Positions 19,943-31,011 of a stretch of DNA of 64,000 bases are shown one piece after another. Made by a program: the position numbers and the translations under genes. The notes under the pieces were generated by a model. The model worked only from the letters and a program-made list of their open reading frames with translations, was not told where the DNA came from and made no database searches. The DNA is from Nitrospirota bacterium. GTDB taxonomy: Bacteria; Nitrospirota; UBA9217. Positions within the stretch are counted from its first letter, which is position 1, and the number at the start of each line of letters is the position of its first letter. The stretch lies in contig CAVVUN010000002.1 in NCBI GenBank assembly GCA_963751455.1, positions 384,001 through 448,000 of the forward strand. Reading direction: 5' to 3'.

Positions 19943-21862
19943 ATGCTACTGGACAAGATCAACAGCGCGCGTGACCTGAGATCCTTGCCGCAGGCGGAGT
20001 TGCCTGCTCTCGCGGGGGAACTCCGCGAGGAGATCATCGATGTCGTGTCAGAGACCGGCGGTCACCTGGCTTCGAGCCTCGGAGTCGTCGACCTGACGAT
20101 CGCTCTTCACTATGCTTTCGACACCCCGAAAGACCGGATCGTCTGGGACGTGGGACACCAGGCGTATGCCCACAAGATCCTGACGGGGAGGCGCGGCCAG
20201 TTCCCGACGCTCAGGCAGCACGGCGGCATCAGCGGGTTCCCCAAACGGGAAGAAAGCGATTGTGATCACTTCGACGTCGGCCACGCCAGCACCTCGATTT
20301 CGGCGGCACTCGGCATGGTCGCGGCGCGCGATATCAAAGGCGATGACTACCGGGTGATCGCTGTAATCGGGGACGGCTCCATGTCGGCGGGGCTGGCGTT
20401 TGAGGGGTTGAACCAGGCCGGACATTTGAAGAAGAACCTGATCGTGGTCCTGAACGACAATGAGATGTCCATTTCGCCCAATGTCGGCGCGCTTTCGTCC
20501 TACCTCAGCAGGCTCATGACCGGGAACTTCTACACGAAACTCCGGCAGGAAACCAAGAATTTTCTTCAGGGTATTCCCCGGGTCGGCGAGGCCATGTTCA
20601 ATCTCGCGAAAAAGACCGAGGACTCCATCAAGGGACTTATGGTGCCCGGCATGCTGTTCGAGGACCTCGGCTTTCAGTACGTCGGCCCGATAGACGGACA
20701 TAATATCGAGCACCTGCTTCAGACGTTCAACAATATAAAAGGTTTTACGTGGCCGGTGCTTGTTCATATTGTAACGAAGAAGGGCAAAGGTTTCGCGTTC
20801 GCGGAACACAATCCTTCTCAGTTTCACGGCACGCCGCCGTTTGACCGCGAAACGGGCAAGACGAACAGAAAATCTTCGGTGCTGAGCTATACCGAAGTTT
20901 TCGGTCAGACGCTGATCAAACTTGCAGAAGAAAACGACAAGATCGTCGCTATCTCCGCCGCCATGTCGGAAGGGACCGGACTGGACAGGTTTTCCGAACG
21001 GTATCCCGACCGTTTCTTCGATGTGGGGATCGCAGAATCTCACGGAATAACCTTTGCCTGCGGACTTGCCGTCGAGGGCCTCCATCCCGTGGCCGCTATA
21101 TATTCCACGTTCACCCAGCGGGCCTATGACCAGGTGGTCCACGATCTCTGCCTCCAGAACCTGCCGGTAACCCTTGCGCTGGACCGGGCAGGGCTTGTCG
21201 GCGAGGACGGTCCCACCCACCACGGCGTGTTCGATATCGCGTATCTCCGCCACATTCCGAATATGATCATAATGGCCCCCAAGGACGAGAACGAGCTGCA
21301 GCATATGATCAGGACCGCAGTGGAACACCACGGTCCGTCAGCTGTGCGTTATCCCCGCGGCGCCGGATACGGCATACCGATGGACCAGGAGATCAGGAAA
21401 ATCGAGATTGGAAAGGCCGAGTTGCTTCTTGACGGGCACGATGTCGCCATCCTGGCGCTCGGGAACATGGTATATCCCTCGATGGAGGCAGCTAAGCGGC
21501 TTATGGATGAAGGCATTTCAGCCGCGGTTGTGAATGCCCGCTTCGTGAAACCGCTCGATCAGGATTTTATCATACAGATCGCCAAGATGACGGGGAAGTT
21601 GGTGACCGTGGAAGAGCACGCTCTGGCCGGAGGTTTCGGAAGCGCAGTGCTGGAGTGCCTGGATGAGCGGCATGTCACCGGTATTAAATCCCTCCGCATA
21701 GGAATTCCGGACAACTATATCGAACACGGTTCGCAAAAACTTCTCCGGAAGAAATACGGACTTGATACGGACGGCATTTATTCGAAGGTGAAGGAGTTTA
21801 TCAGGAGATCTCCGGTCAAGACGCCGTCATCGGCAGCCGGCTTGAAGGCAAAGGATGCTTGA
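19943..21862 (+). CDS. dxs: 1-deoxy-D-xylulose-5-phosphate synthase
   Basis: [35 protein letters not shown]. Confidence 0.98.
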   Translation: MLLDKINSARDLRSLPQAELPALAGELREEIIDVVSETGGHLASSLGVVDLTIALHYAFDTPKDRIVWDVGHQAYAHKILTGRRGQFPTLRQHGGISGFPKREESDCDHFDVGHASTSISAALGMVAARDIKGDDYRVIAVIGDGSMSAGLAFEGLNQAGHLKKNLIVVLNDNEMSISPNVGALSSYLSRLMTGNFYTKLRQETKNFLQGIPRVGEAMFNLAKKTEDSIKGLMVPGMLFEDLGFQYVGPIDGHNIEHLLQTFNNIKGFTWPVLVHIVTKKGKGFAFAEHNPSQFHGTPPFDRETGKTNRKSSVLSYTEVFGQTLIKLAEENDKIVAISAAMSEGTGLDRFSERYPDRFFDVGIAESHGITFACGLAVEGLHPVAAIYSTFTQRAYDQVVHDLCLQNLPVTLALDRAGLVGEDGPTHHGVFDIAYLRHIPNMIIMAPKDENELQHMIRTAVEHHGPSAVRYPRGAGYGIPMDQEIRKIEIGKAELLLDGHDVAILALGNMVYPSMEAAKRLMDEGISAAVVNARFVKPLDQDFIIQIAKMTGKLVTVEEHALAGGFGSAVLECLDERHVTGIKSLRIGIPDNYIEHGSQKLLRKKYGLDTDGIYSKVKEFIRRSPVKTPSSAAGLKAKDA

Positions 21863-22057
21863 AGAAAACGGCAGACCACGTCCGCATAACCGTACTACCC
21901 GGGGCACTAAAAATAATTTAGTGCCTTTTTTGTTTCTCCATACGTCCTCTTCCAGCCCCTCGCTGTTCCATATCCGTTTACGCAGCTGAAATTTTCTGTT
22001 ATAATCCGTCAATGTTCCGGTTTTTTTAGAACGTATCTTCACTGTTTGGAGGCGCTC

Positions 22058-24061
22058 ATGCCGAGAAAAATCGCTGAATTATTATCCTGCCCCTTTGCAG
22101 AAACAGTCACCGGAGCGTTCATGGCCTTCGCAGTGTTAGCCGGCAGCGCCGGAGCAGCCGACGCAGGACTGATCGCGGGGGACCTTAAGAAGCTCAGCCT
22201 GGAAGAGCTTATGAATATCGAGGTGCAGACGGTTTACTCGGCATCGAAATATGAACAGAAGATAACGGAGGCGCCCTCCTCGGTCACGATCATTACATCG
22301 GCGGACATCAGGAAATACGGCTATCGTACACTCGCGGACATTCTGCGCAGCGTCAGAAGCTTCTTTATCACGTATGACCGCAACTATACCTATGTCGGAG
22401 TACGCGGGTTCGGGCGGCCGGGGGACTATAACGGCCGTATTCTGCTGCTGATCGACGGTCACCGCACCAATGACAACATATACGATCAGGCTTTTGTCGG
22501 GACTGAAGGGATTATCGATGTCGATCTCATTGACCGGGTTGAGGTGGTACACGGGCCGGGTTCGTCCCTTTACGGAAACAATGCATTCTTCGCCGTAGTC
22601 AACATCGTTACCAAGCAAGGGCAGGATTTCCAGGGGACGCAACTGTCCGTGGAGGCCGCCCGGTATGATACCTATAAAGGGCGAATCAGTTATGGCAATC
22701 AATTCTCAAATGGCTTCGAAGCGATCGTGTCAGGCACGGGTTACGACAGCAAGGGACAACAATTGTTTTTTGAGGAGCTGGGCGCCGTCGCCAATCAGAC
22801 CGATTATGACCGATATCAGAGCTTCTTTACGAAGACATCTCTCAGGGATTTTGTCTTCGAAGGCGCGTATAATGCGAGAACAAAAGGCATTCCCACGGGC
22901 GCTTTCGAGACCGACTTTAACGACCCGGGCAACAAAACGATCGACGGACACGCATATGGCGATTTAAAATACAGCGTCAACCTCGGCGGTGAGACGAATC
23001 TTACGGCAAGGGTCTATTACGACTATTACTGGTACGAGGGGGATTATATTGCCGGCGGAGTAACACAAAAAGACCTTGGATACGGCAACTGGTGGGGCAG
23101 CGAGGTGAAAATGTCATCCAGGCTTTTCGATACCCACCGTGTTATTATGGGCGTAGAATTAACGGATAATGTGCGCCAAGATCAGAAAAATTTCGATGTG
23201 GCGCCTTATTCACTCAATCTTGATGACCGGAGGAGATCAAGGATTTGGGCCGCTTATCTTCAGGATGAGTTTGAGATCGGAAGAAATATTATCATGAATG
23301 CCGGCGTACGATATGACCGCTACAGTAATTTTGGAGGCACTACGAATCCCCGCCTGGCGCTAATCCACAATCCGACGGAGCGAAGCACCGTCAAGCTGCT
23401 CTATGGAAGCGCTTTCCGTACTCCGAACGTGTTTGAGCTCTATTACTCGACTCCACCCGTGAATGTGCCGAACCCGGACCTCAAACCGGAAAAGATAAAG
23501 ACTTATGAACTGGCATATGAGTACCATCCCGGCAAAGGATTCCGCGTCGGCGCTTCGGGGTTCTATTACCGTATAAAAGACTTGATCAATCAGGTTGATA
23601 CCGCGGCTGGCACCACGTTTGAAAATGTGGACCAGGTGGTTGCACGGGGCGCGGAATTGTCGCTGGCAGGCAGGCGGCAGAACGGGACTGAAGGCAGGTT
23701 CAGCTACACAATCCAGCATACTGAAGACAAACTGACCGGGGAACCGCTCACGAATTCCCCGAGACACCTGGTAAAAGTAAATATTTCCGCGCCTATAGTA
23801 AAAGAAAACGTGTACGGAAGCGTCGAAGAGCAGTACACGAACACGAGGCGGACCGAGGCCGGCCAATCCACGCAGGGTTTTTACTTGACCAACGTGACAC
23901 TGCTGGCCCGGAATTACATCGATCGGCTTGAAGTGTCCGCCAGTATTTATAATCTTCTCGACACCGAATACCGCGATCCCGTTTCTGCCGACCTGCAGCC
24001 GCTTGACACCGTAAGGCAGGACGGACGCACGTACCGGTTGAAAGTAAGTTATTCTTTCTAG
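22058..24061 (+). CDS. TonB-dependent receptor
   Basis: LSLEELMNIEV-SASK, plug IDRVEVVHGPGSSLYG, C-terminal YSF. Confidence 0.92.
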   Translation: MPRKIAELLSCPFAETVTGAFMAFAVLAGSAGAADAGLIAGDLKKLSLEELMNIEVQTVYSASKYEQKITEAPSSVTIITSADIRKYGYRTLADILRSVRSFFITYDRNYTYVGVRGFGRPGDYNGRILLLIDGHRTNDNIYDQAFVGTEGIIDVDLIDRVEVVHGPGSSLYGNNAFFAVVNIVTKQGQDFQGTQLSVEAARYDTYKGRISYGNQFSNGFEAIVSGTGYDSKGQQLFFEELGAVANQTDYDRYQSFFTKTSLRDFVFEGAYNARTKGIPTGAFETDFNDPGNKTIDGHAYGDLKYSVNLGGETNLTARVYYDYYWYEGDYIAGGVTQKDLGYGNWWGSEVKMSSRLFDTHRVIMGVELTDNVRQDQKNFDVAPYSLNLDDRRRSRIWAAYLQDEFEIGRNIIMNAGVRYDRYSNFGGTTNPRLALIHNPTERSTVKLLYGSAFRTPNVFELYYSTPPVNVPNPDLKPEKIKTYELAYEYHPGKGFRVGASGFYYRIKDLINQVDTAAGTTFENVDQVVARGAELSLAGRRQNGTEGRFSYTIQHTEDKLTGEPLTNSPRHLVKVNISAPIVKENVYGSVEEQYTNTRRTEAGQSTQGFYLTNVTLLARNYIDRLEVSASIYNLLDTEYRDPVSADLQPLDTVRQDGRTYRLKVSYSF

Positions 24062-24153
24062 CGAAGATCGAAGCCCCCGGAGCCAGAGCACGGAACCCTG
24101 ATTTCGCCCGTCTCCGGCCGGGATGGAAAAGTGGCAGTGCTCAACAAAAAATC

Positions 24154-24714
24154 ATGAAAGTGTTTATCCGCATCGCCGCATATCTTGTTTTTGCAGCCGC
24201 CCTTGCAACAACAGCGCGACCGGCTTGCGCACAGTCGCAGCCGGGCGAATATGAGGTGAAGGCCGCATTCCTGTACAATTTTTTGCCCTTCGTCGAATGG
24301 CCCGCTTCCCCCGGGCGCTTAGTACGGTCACTTCGGGTATGCATTCTCGGAGTGAGCCTCGAAGAGGGCCCGTTCGAGGAGTTGGACGGCCAGGAGGTGA
24401 TGGGCAGAAAACTCGAGATCGTTCAACTGGCATCGCTGGCGGATCTCGGCCGCTGCGATGTTCTCTTCATAGGCGCCTCGGAACAAAACAACCTTCCCCG
24501 GATACTTAAAGCCCTTCAGGGGACCAGCATACTCTCCATCGGTGATACCGCCGGCCTTGCCCGCCAGGGCGTCATTATTAATTTTTATGTCGAGCAGAAG
24601 AAGATACGCTTCGAGATCAATGCGGCGGCGGCGCGAAGGGCCGGTCTTACGATCAGTTCCAAGCTCTTGAAACTCGCGGGTTCTGTCTATGGCGCATCGG
24701 GAGCAGGAGAGTAA
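24154..24714 (+). CDS. YfiR (DUF4154) family periplasmic protein
   Basis: EYEVKAAFLYNF..FVEWP, two Cys, FEIN, ISSKLLKLA. Confidence 0.92.
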   Translation: MKVFIRIAAYLVFAAALATTARPACAQSQPGEYEVKAAFLYNFLPFVEWPASPGRLVRSLRVCILGVSLEEGPFEELDGQEVMGRKLEIVQLASLADLGRCDVLFIGASEQNNLPRILKALQGTSILSIGDTAGLARQGVIINFYVEQKKIRFEINAAAARRAGLTISSKLLKLAGSVYGASGAGE

Positions 24715-24715
24715 A

Positions 24716-26209
24716 ATGTCCCGGTTCCACAATCTGTTGCTCAGGCAAAAGCTCATTCTCAGCGGACTGCTCACGGCAGGCATCACCGTTCTGCTGGCCG
24801 GCACAGTCATGTTAGGGACCGAGATCGCGGTTCACCGCGACGAGATGGTAAAGGATCTGACCGTTAAGGCGGAGATCATCGGCAATCAATGCACCGCGGC
24901 GCTGCTGTTCAATGTTCCGAAGGATGCCGAGGAAACGCTGGGCGCTCTTCGGGCCGATCCCGATATAAAGTATGCGGCTGTCTACACCAGGGACGGTACA
25001 TTGTTTGCTTTATACAGCCGTGCGGGAAAAACGGATGCGTGGTTCCCGCAGCGGCCGCTGACCGAGGGGCATCACTTCGGAGTCGATCATATCTCGCTCT
25101 ACCGAGGGATCAAAGTGCGTGACAAGCACATCGGCACGGTCCTCATCTGGGCCGACCTGCGGAAATTTCATTCCCTGCTGTTCATCTACATGGGTGTGGC
25201 CTGTGTTGTCGTTGTTGTTTCGCTCGTCGTAGCCTATATTCTGGTGTCCCGCCTTCAGCGATCCATTACCCGGCCGGTCACAGACCTGGTGGAGATGATG
25301 GGCGACGTATCACGGGACAGGGATTTTTCAGTCCGGGCGCCAGGGACCGGAGAAGATGAACTCGGGTCTCTTGCCCGGGGCTTCAATGAAATGCTTTCCA
25401 CGATCCAGGACCGCGACCGGGAACTCGAAGCCCATCGGCGTAATCTCGAGCGTACCGTCTCCAATTTGGAACGGTCAACGACCGAACTTCAGGAAGCGAA
25501 CAAAAAGCTCCAGGCGCTGGACAGGCTGAAATCGGATTTCATAACCGTGGTGTCCCACGAACTTCGGACGCCGCTCACGGCCATCAAGGCCTTTGTGGAA
25601 ATCATCCTGATTAAGCCGCACATGGCTAATGACCGGAAAACGAAGTTTCTGAACACCATTAACACGGAAAGCGACCGGCTTGCACGTTTGATCAATGATC
25701 TTCTTGATCTTTCGCGGATCGAATCCGGCGAGACGGTCCGTCGTCACGAAAAAGTCAGCCTGAACGATATAATCCGGAATTCCGTCGCGTGCATTGTGCC
25801 GCTCGCGGAAAACAAACAGCACAGCGTTGTCACGGAGATTGAACCGGAGCTTCCCCCCATATGGGGAGACCGGGACGGTCTCGTTCAGGTTATGACGAAC
25901 ATCCTTTCAAATGCCGTGAAATTTACCCCGAACGGCGGCAGCATTCATGTCTCTGTCCGTCGGGATAACGGGCACATCGCAGTTTCCGTTACTGATAACG
26001 GCGCCGGCATTCCTGAAGAGGATATCGAAGTCATTTTCGACAAGTTCCAGCGATCGGGTGACCAACTGACGAGCACGGTCGAAGGTTCAGGGCTCGGTCT
26101 TTCCATCGCCAAAAAAATCATAGAGCTGCATGGCGGGGCAATCTGGGCGCAGAGCAAGTACGGCGCAGGGAGCACGTTCACGTTCAAACTGCCGCTTTTG
26201 GGGGCCTGA
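24716..26209 (+). CDS. Sensor histidine kinase (YfiN-like periplasmic sensor, HAMP, HisKA, HATPase)
   Basis: AALLF..DAEETL sensor, DELGSLARGFN HAMP, SHELRTPL, NAVKFT, GSGLGL. Confidence 0.92.
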   Translation: MSRFHNLLLRQKLILSGLLTAGITVLLAGTVMLGTEIAVHRDEMVKDLTVKAEIIGNQCTAALLFNVPKDAEETLGALRADPDIKYAAVYTRDGTLFALYSRAGKTDAWFPQRPLTEGHHFGVDHISLYRGIKVRDKHIGTVLIWADLRKFHSLLFIYMGVACVVVVVSLVVAYILVSRLQRSITRPVTDLVEMMGDVSRDRDFSVRAPGTGEDELGSLARGFNEMLSTIQDRDRELEAHRRNLERTVSNLERSTTELQEANKKLQALDRLKSDFITVVSHELRTPLTAIKAFVEIILIKPHMANDRKTKFLNTINTESDRLARLINDLLDLSRIESGETVRRHEKVSLNDIIRNSVACIVPLAENKQHSVVTEIEPELPPIWGDRDGLVQVMTNILSNAVKFTPNGGSIHVSVRRDNGHIAVSVTDNGAGIPEEDIEVIFDKFQRSGDQLTSTVEGSGLGLSIAKKIIELHGGAIWAQSKYGAGSTFTFKLPLLGA

Positions 26210-26304
26210 AAAGGCTAGTCAGGGAATTTTGTGATGGCTATCGAAACTTAGAATCAAAACGCTTAATTCAGGCCGAGGACACAGAAAATCATTTTGGCGA
26301 CGTT

Positions 26305-27051
26305 ATGGAAAAGAAAAAGATAAAAAAGCGGCTTGACGTGCTGCTGTTAGAGCGCGGGCTTGCGGAAAGCAGGGAGAGGGCCCAGGCAATAATCTTTACG
26401 GGAAATGTCCTCGTAAATGGCCAAAAAAGGGATAAGGCCGGTGTGCTGGTTCCTGAAGATTCCGAAATCCGTCTGCTCGCCGAGGCACTGCCATATGTGA
26501 GCAGGGGAGGGCTCAAGCTTGAAGCGGCATTAAAAGATTTCCGCATTTCAGTGCACGGTAAAAAAGCGCTCGATGTGGGAGCGTCAACCGGAGGGTTCAC
26601 CGACTGTCTGCTGCAGCACGGCGCGGAAAAAGTGTATGCAATCGATGTTGGTTACGGCCAGCTGGCATGGAAACTCAGGCAGGACCCGCGGGTTGTTGCG
26701 ATCGAACGCGCCAACATCCGGGACCTGCCCCAGACCCTCGTGCCTGAGCCGATAGATATTGCTGTAATCGATGTCTCGTTCATTTCGCTCCAAAAGGTTC
26801 TACCCCCCGTGCTCAAATTCCTGAAGCCCGCTTGCGACGTCATCGCGCTCATTAAACCGCAGTTCGAAGTAGGGAAGGAACGTGTAGGCAAGGGCGGGAT
26901 AGTGCGGGATGAAGCTGCAAGGACTGAGGCGGTTGACACTATCGTCGCCTTTGCAGCCGTCCAAGGGCTTCTCATAAAAGGCGTTATCCCTTCACCGATA
27001 ACCGGCCAGGATGGGAATGTAGAATTCCTCATGTATGCGGTAAGGCAATAA
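26305..27051 (+). CDS. tlyA: TlyA family rRNA methyltransferase
   Basis: RLDVLL S4 domain, YVSRGGLKL, DVGASTGGFTD, DVSFIS, KPQFE. Confidence 0.96.
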   Translation: MEKKKIKKRLDVLLLERGLAESRERAQAIIFTGNVLVNGQKRDKAGVLVPEDSEIRLLAEALPYVSRGGLKLEAALKDFRISVHGKKALDVGASTGGFTDCLLQHGAEKVYAIDVGYGQLAWKLRQDPRVVAIERANIRDLPQTLVPEPIDIAVIDVSFISLQKVLPPVLKFLKPACDVIALIKPQFEVGKERVGKGGIVRDEAARTEAVDTIVAFAAVQGLLIKGVIPSPITGQDGNVEFLMYAVRQ

Positions 27052-27052
27052 C

Positions 27053-27209
27053 GTAACTACTCAGGTCATTTTTTTATCCGCAGATTACGCAGATTTCGCA
27101 GATAAAAACAAAACCAGAATTCCGGTTTTAGAATCTGCGAAATCTGCGGATAGAAGGGCTTTTTCTTAGATTTGTCTTATGCTGTTCTGAAAAGAAGCTG
27201 AATAGTTAC
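27053..27209. mobile_element. MITE with 12-bp TIR and 8-bp target duplication, carrying a family A palindrome
   Basis: GTAACTACTCAG ... CTGAATAGTTAC flanked by GCAATAAC at 27045-27052 and 27210-27217. Confidence 0.85.
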
Positions 27210-27428
27210 GCAATAACAACTGATCGAAGAATATTTATCAGTGAACTGCGAATGGAAAGACTTAAGCTTACATTGGTTTGAAAACCGAGATTCTTCAGGG
27301 CTGCGCCCTTCAGAATGACAATTTACTATTGTCAACGCGCTGCTCCTGCCGATCCCGCCCCGTGCTTACATCCCGTGCTATATTAAGATCAAATCACCGG
27401 TAAATCACTTCATAAGGATTGGAAAACC

Positions 27429-28683
27429 ATGCGTGCACGATCATCCAGGACACGGCTTGCCATACTGCGTTCAACAATGGTATTAGCAGGCGCTTTGGTA
27501 ATGCTGGCTTTTGCCCGCTGCGGTGATAATACTACAGGCTCTCCGGTATCAACAGACACGCCGCCGGGTCCCGATACAACAGTGCCGGACACAACAGGAA
27601 CGGCGGACATACCTCAAATCTCCTTTGTCAAAATTGCGGGGGGCTTCAGTTCGCCGACGGCGATAGCCAGTGCCGGTGACGGCAGCAACCGTCTTTTTAT
27701 CGTCGAGCAGCGGGGGACCATCAAAATCATCAAGAACGGCGTTGTTCTGCAGTCTCCCTTCCTTGACATATCATCGCGAGTACTGTCCGGCGGAGAGCGG
27801 GGGCTCTTCATCATCGTTTTCCCGAACGGGTACCCGGCTCAGAAAAAATATTTCTATGTGAATTATACCGGCAATCAGGGCGACGGCGATACGTTCATAG
27901 CGCGGTATCAGACAACTGCCGATCCCGACGTCGCTGACGCCGCAAGCGAACAGCAGCTTCTGAGGGTAGACCAGCCGTTCGCGAACCACAACGGTGGGCA
28001 AATGACGTTCGGTCCTGACGGATTTCTCTATATCGGAATGGGCGACGGCGGATCAGCCGGGCGATCCCTTCAACAATGCTCAAAATCCCGGCGTTCTGCT
28101 CGGGAAGATGCTCAGAATCGATGTGGAATCGCAGACGGAAGGGTATGCAATTCCTCCTGATAATCCCTTTGTAGGCAAAGCCGGAAATCGTCCCGAAATA
28201 TGGGCATTGGGCCTCCGTAATCCCTGGCGGTTTTCCTTTGATCGCGAGACCCGTGACCTGTATATCGCGGACGTGGGACAGGACAAGTATGAGGAGGTCA
28301 ATTTCCAGCCTGCTTCGAGCAAGGGAGGCGAGAATTACGGATGGGATGTCATGGAAGGTCTGCATTGCTACACCTCGGAATCCTGCAATAAAACAGGACT
28401 CACGCTCCCGATCCTCGAATATTCCCTGACGCAGGGCAACTGCGCGGCTACCGGAGGTTTTGTATATCGAGGAGCGGAATTCCCCTCGCTTCAGGGAGTG
28501 TACATCTATGGCGATTACTGCAGCGGGAGGATCTGGGGCTTAAGAAAAAAGGGAGACACCTGGGAAAATAAACTGATACTGGACACCGATCTCGGGATAT
28601 CCACATTCGGCCAAGATGAAGCCGGGAATATTTATGTTGCAGACCACAGCCGCGGAGATATTTATAAAATCGTTGTGCCGTGA
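27429..28683 (+). pseudogene. Glucose/sorbosone dehydrogenase-like (PQQ-dependent sugar dehydrogenase) gene with a +1 frameshift
   Basis: NHNGG..FGPDG.LYIGMGDGGSAG in one frame; DPFNNAQN..LLGKMLRID, GLRNPWR in the next; extra G at ~28060. Confidence 0.85.
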
Positions 28684-28724
28684 AATGCATAGCGCATGGC
28701 GCAAAGCGTAAGATTCGCTATGCC

Positions 28725-29534
28725 CTATGCGCTCTGCTCTATGCAGCGTTCTACCAACCTCGCCGCAAACTCCTCTCCCAGCACAACCATCGATTCGATA
28801 TCGAGATACCGGGGGGCGGTCCTGTCAAGCAAAAGCTTGCACTGCGCGGGGAAGTTCTCCTCGGGCGCGGCATCGTAAAACAGAAGCAGGACGGGGTAGT
28901 GCGGAAAAAAACGGAATTCGTATCCAGCGTCGTGATTTCCGACTATCAAGGCCGGAATCCCGCCTAAACGTTCGCAAGCGCTCTTGAGTGCTGCTACGTT
29001 CCCGCTGAAATGCCTCGCAATTTCCTCCTCGACGTGGCCTGCCCATGCCTTGTCCTTGGCGTGAGATGCCGGCACTGAGCTGAACGTTATCCATTCTCCG
29101 GCCGGCTCCGGGGGATCAGGCATGCAGAGGTGATTATAGATAAGGATAGAAATCCATGGCCGCGGTTCGTTGCCCTTTGCGTCCGTAATACCGAGCTTTG
29201 TGACCTTGTAAGAGTCACGCAAAAAATGTATTCCAAGGGTGTCGTGATCCAGGAGCTTTAAGCCGAAGAGCGCGGCTGTTTTCTTAAGATTCAAAGCCTG
29301 AATTTTCGGCCGGAGCGATTCGAGAACCTGATCATATACCGTGCCTGATGAAGCAGGATTTCTCTCGTTTAAAGAGGCAAGTTCTGCCCTTGCTGTGCCG
29401 GTCATTTCAGGACAATCTTCTGCGGAAGCCTGGTTCGATGCGAGCTTTGCCGCGAACCCGAAGCAGCTTGACAGGCCGCACTTGCCGCAGTTCGTTTTTG
29501 GAAGGAGTTTGTATATGTCGACCGCAGTTGCCAT
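28725..29534 (-). CDS. Fe-S domain + DUF3786 protein
   Basis: LPKTNCGKCG..SCFGFA...CP N-terminus; DUF3786-like C-terminus (FPAQCKLLLD...LDIES). Confidence 0.85.
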   Translation of the reverse strand: MATAVDIYKLLPKTNCGKCGLSSCFGFAAKLASNQASAEDCPEMTGTARAELASLNERNPASSGTVYDQVLESLRPKIQALNLKKTAALFGLKLLDHDTLGIHFLRDSYKVTKLGITDAKGNEPRPWISILIYNHLCMPDPPEPAGEWITFSSVPASHAKDKAWAGHVEEEIARHFSGNVAALKSACERLGGIPALIVGNHDAGYEFRFFPHYPVLLLFYDAAPEENFPAQCKLLLDRTAPRYLDIESMVVLGEEFAARLVERCIEQSA

Positions 29535-29647
29535 TGCATTAACGTTAACCCTTTTTCTGAATCGAGTCAACCCAATCTGTAAATATCATACTGCATCAAA
29601 GGTTCCATTAAACGCGCCAAGGGCTATTTCAGGTAATGAGATAGTTC

Positions 29648-29676
29648 TTGACAGGTGAACAAATGTTCACTATAAT
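29648..29676 (+). promoter_or_regulatory. Sigma70 promoter with LexA/SOS box in the spacer
   Basis: TTGACA-17bp-TATAAT; spacer holds GTGAAC-AAAT-GTTCAC (GAAC-N4-GTTC). Confidence 0.9.
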
Positions 29677-29691
29677 GGGCTTAAGGTTGAA

Positions 29692-30909
29692 ATGGGACAT
29701 ATACTTCATATCGATATGAACGCTTTTTTCGCCTCTGTTGAGCAGCGGGCAGATCCGTCGCTACGGGACAGGCCCATTGCCGTAGTCGGATCCAAACACC
29801 GCGGCGTTGTCCTTTCTCCTTCATACGAGGCACGGGCCTTCGGGGTAAAGACCGGTATGACGTACGGTGAGGCGAAAAAGGCGTGCCCCGGGATCGTTAT
29901 GGTAACTGCGGATTCCTCAAAATATTCCGAAGCGTGCGGGCAACTGATTAAACTCTGGAGCCAGTTTACTCCGGACGTTGAGCTTTTTTCGATAGACGAA
30001 GCCTTTCTCGATGTGACCGGCTGCGAATCGCTTTTTGGAGATCCGGTCCGGATTGCCGTCCTCATCAAGGAGAGGATCTGGGAAGAAATGGGGCTGACGT
30101 GCTCCATCGGGATCGGCCCCAATAAACTCCTTGCCAAACTGGGGAGCGACATGCAGAAGCCGGACGGGCTGGTGCTCATATCGCCGGACGACGTCGGACA
30201 AGTGCTCGAAAACCTGCCTGTCAAGGAAATCTGCGGCATCGGTCCGAGCCTTACGAGGCAGCTGGCATCTATGGGGGTCAGAACATGCGGCGAACTAGCC
30301 CAGATACCGCTGCGCGAGTTGACGGCCCGGTTCGGCGTGCTCGGGGAACGCCTTCAGGACATGGCACGCGGCATTGATAACGACCCTGTCGCCTCTCCCA
30401 GCGAGCAGGAAGGGGACGCAAGCAAGTCAATGGGCCACAGCATGACGCTCGACGAAGATTGCTCCGACGGAGAGATGATAGAGCGGCATATCCTCCAACT
30501 GTCCGAGAAAGTGGCACAGAGGCTCAGGCGCGGCCAGTACACGGGAAGGACCGTAACCCTTACGCTCCGCTATGCTGATTTCCATACCTTTACCAGGCAG
30601 CGCCGGCTTCAGCATACCGTGAATCATGGGCTCGACATTCATGCTGCCGCTGCAGCTATTCTGCGGGAAACACCGCTGGAGCAGGCAGTACGGCTCGTGG
30701 GAGTCAGCGTATCGGCGCTGGAGCGGAACGTGGTGCAGATGCCGCTTTTTGCGTTTGAACGGAAACGGAAATTTCTTGCGGAAGCGATGGACGATATAAA
30801 CGACCGTTACGGCTCATTCACGGTCACCTGGGGAACGCTGGCGGAGCGTTATCGTCATGAACGGATCATCTCGCCTGCCTGGCGCCCGACAGGGGACAGA
30901 CAGTATTAG
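29692..30909 (+). CDS. dinB: DNA polymerase IV (Y family)
   Basis: HIDMNAFFASVEQ, SYEARAFGV, SIDEAFLD, NKLLAK. Confidence 0.95.
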   Translation: MGHILHIDMNAFFASVEQRADPSLRDRPIAVVGSKHRGVVLSPSYEARAFGVKTGMTYGEAKKACPGIVMVTADSSKYSEACGQLIKLWSQFTPDVELFSIDEAFLDVTGCESLFGDPVRIAVLIKERIWEEMGLTCSIGIGPNKLLAKLGSDMQKPDGLVLISPDDVGQVLENLPVKEICGIGPSLTRQLASMGVRTCGELAQIPLRELTARFGVLGERLQDMARGIDNDPVASPSEQEGDASKSMGHSMTLDEDCSDGEMIERHILQLSEKVAQRLRRGQYTGRTVTLTLRYADFHTFTRQRRLQHTVNHGLDIHAAAAAILRETPLEQAVRLVGVSVSALERNVVQMPLFAFERKRKFLAEAMDDINDRYGSFTVTWGTLAERYRHERIISPAWRPTGDRQY

Positions 30910-31011
30910 AATTGCGGATTGCGACTAAAACCTAATGAGCAATGCCTTGACCTACACCGCTGATTCAAAGGCGTCTCGCGTACCCTGCACTCTCGTAAAC
31001 GCGGGCATAAA

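Noticed and set aside
18618-21331. Long antisense ORFs (360 aa, 427 aa) and similar shadows over pyk, nadE, pnt and the ankyrin gene
   Set aside because: They mirror well-supported genes on the other strand and have no motifs; expected from codon bias.
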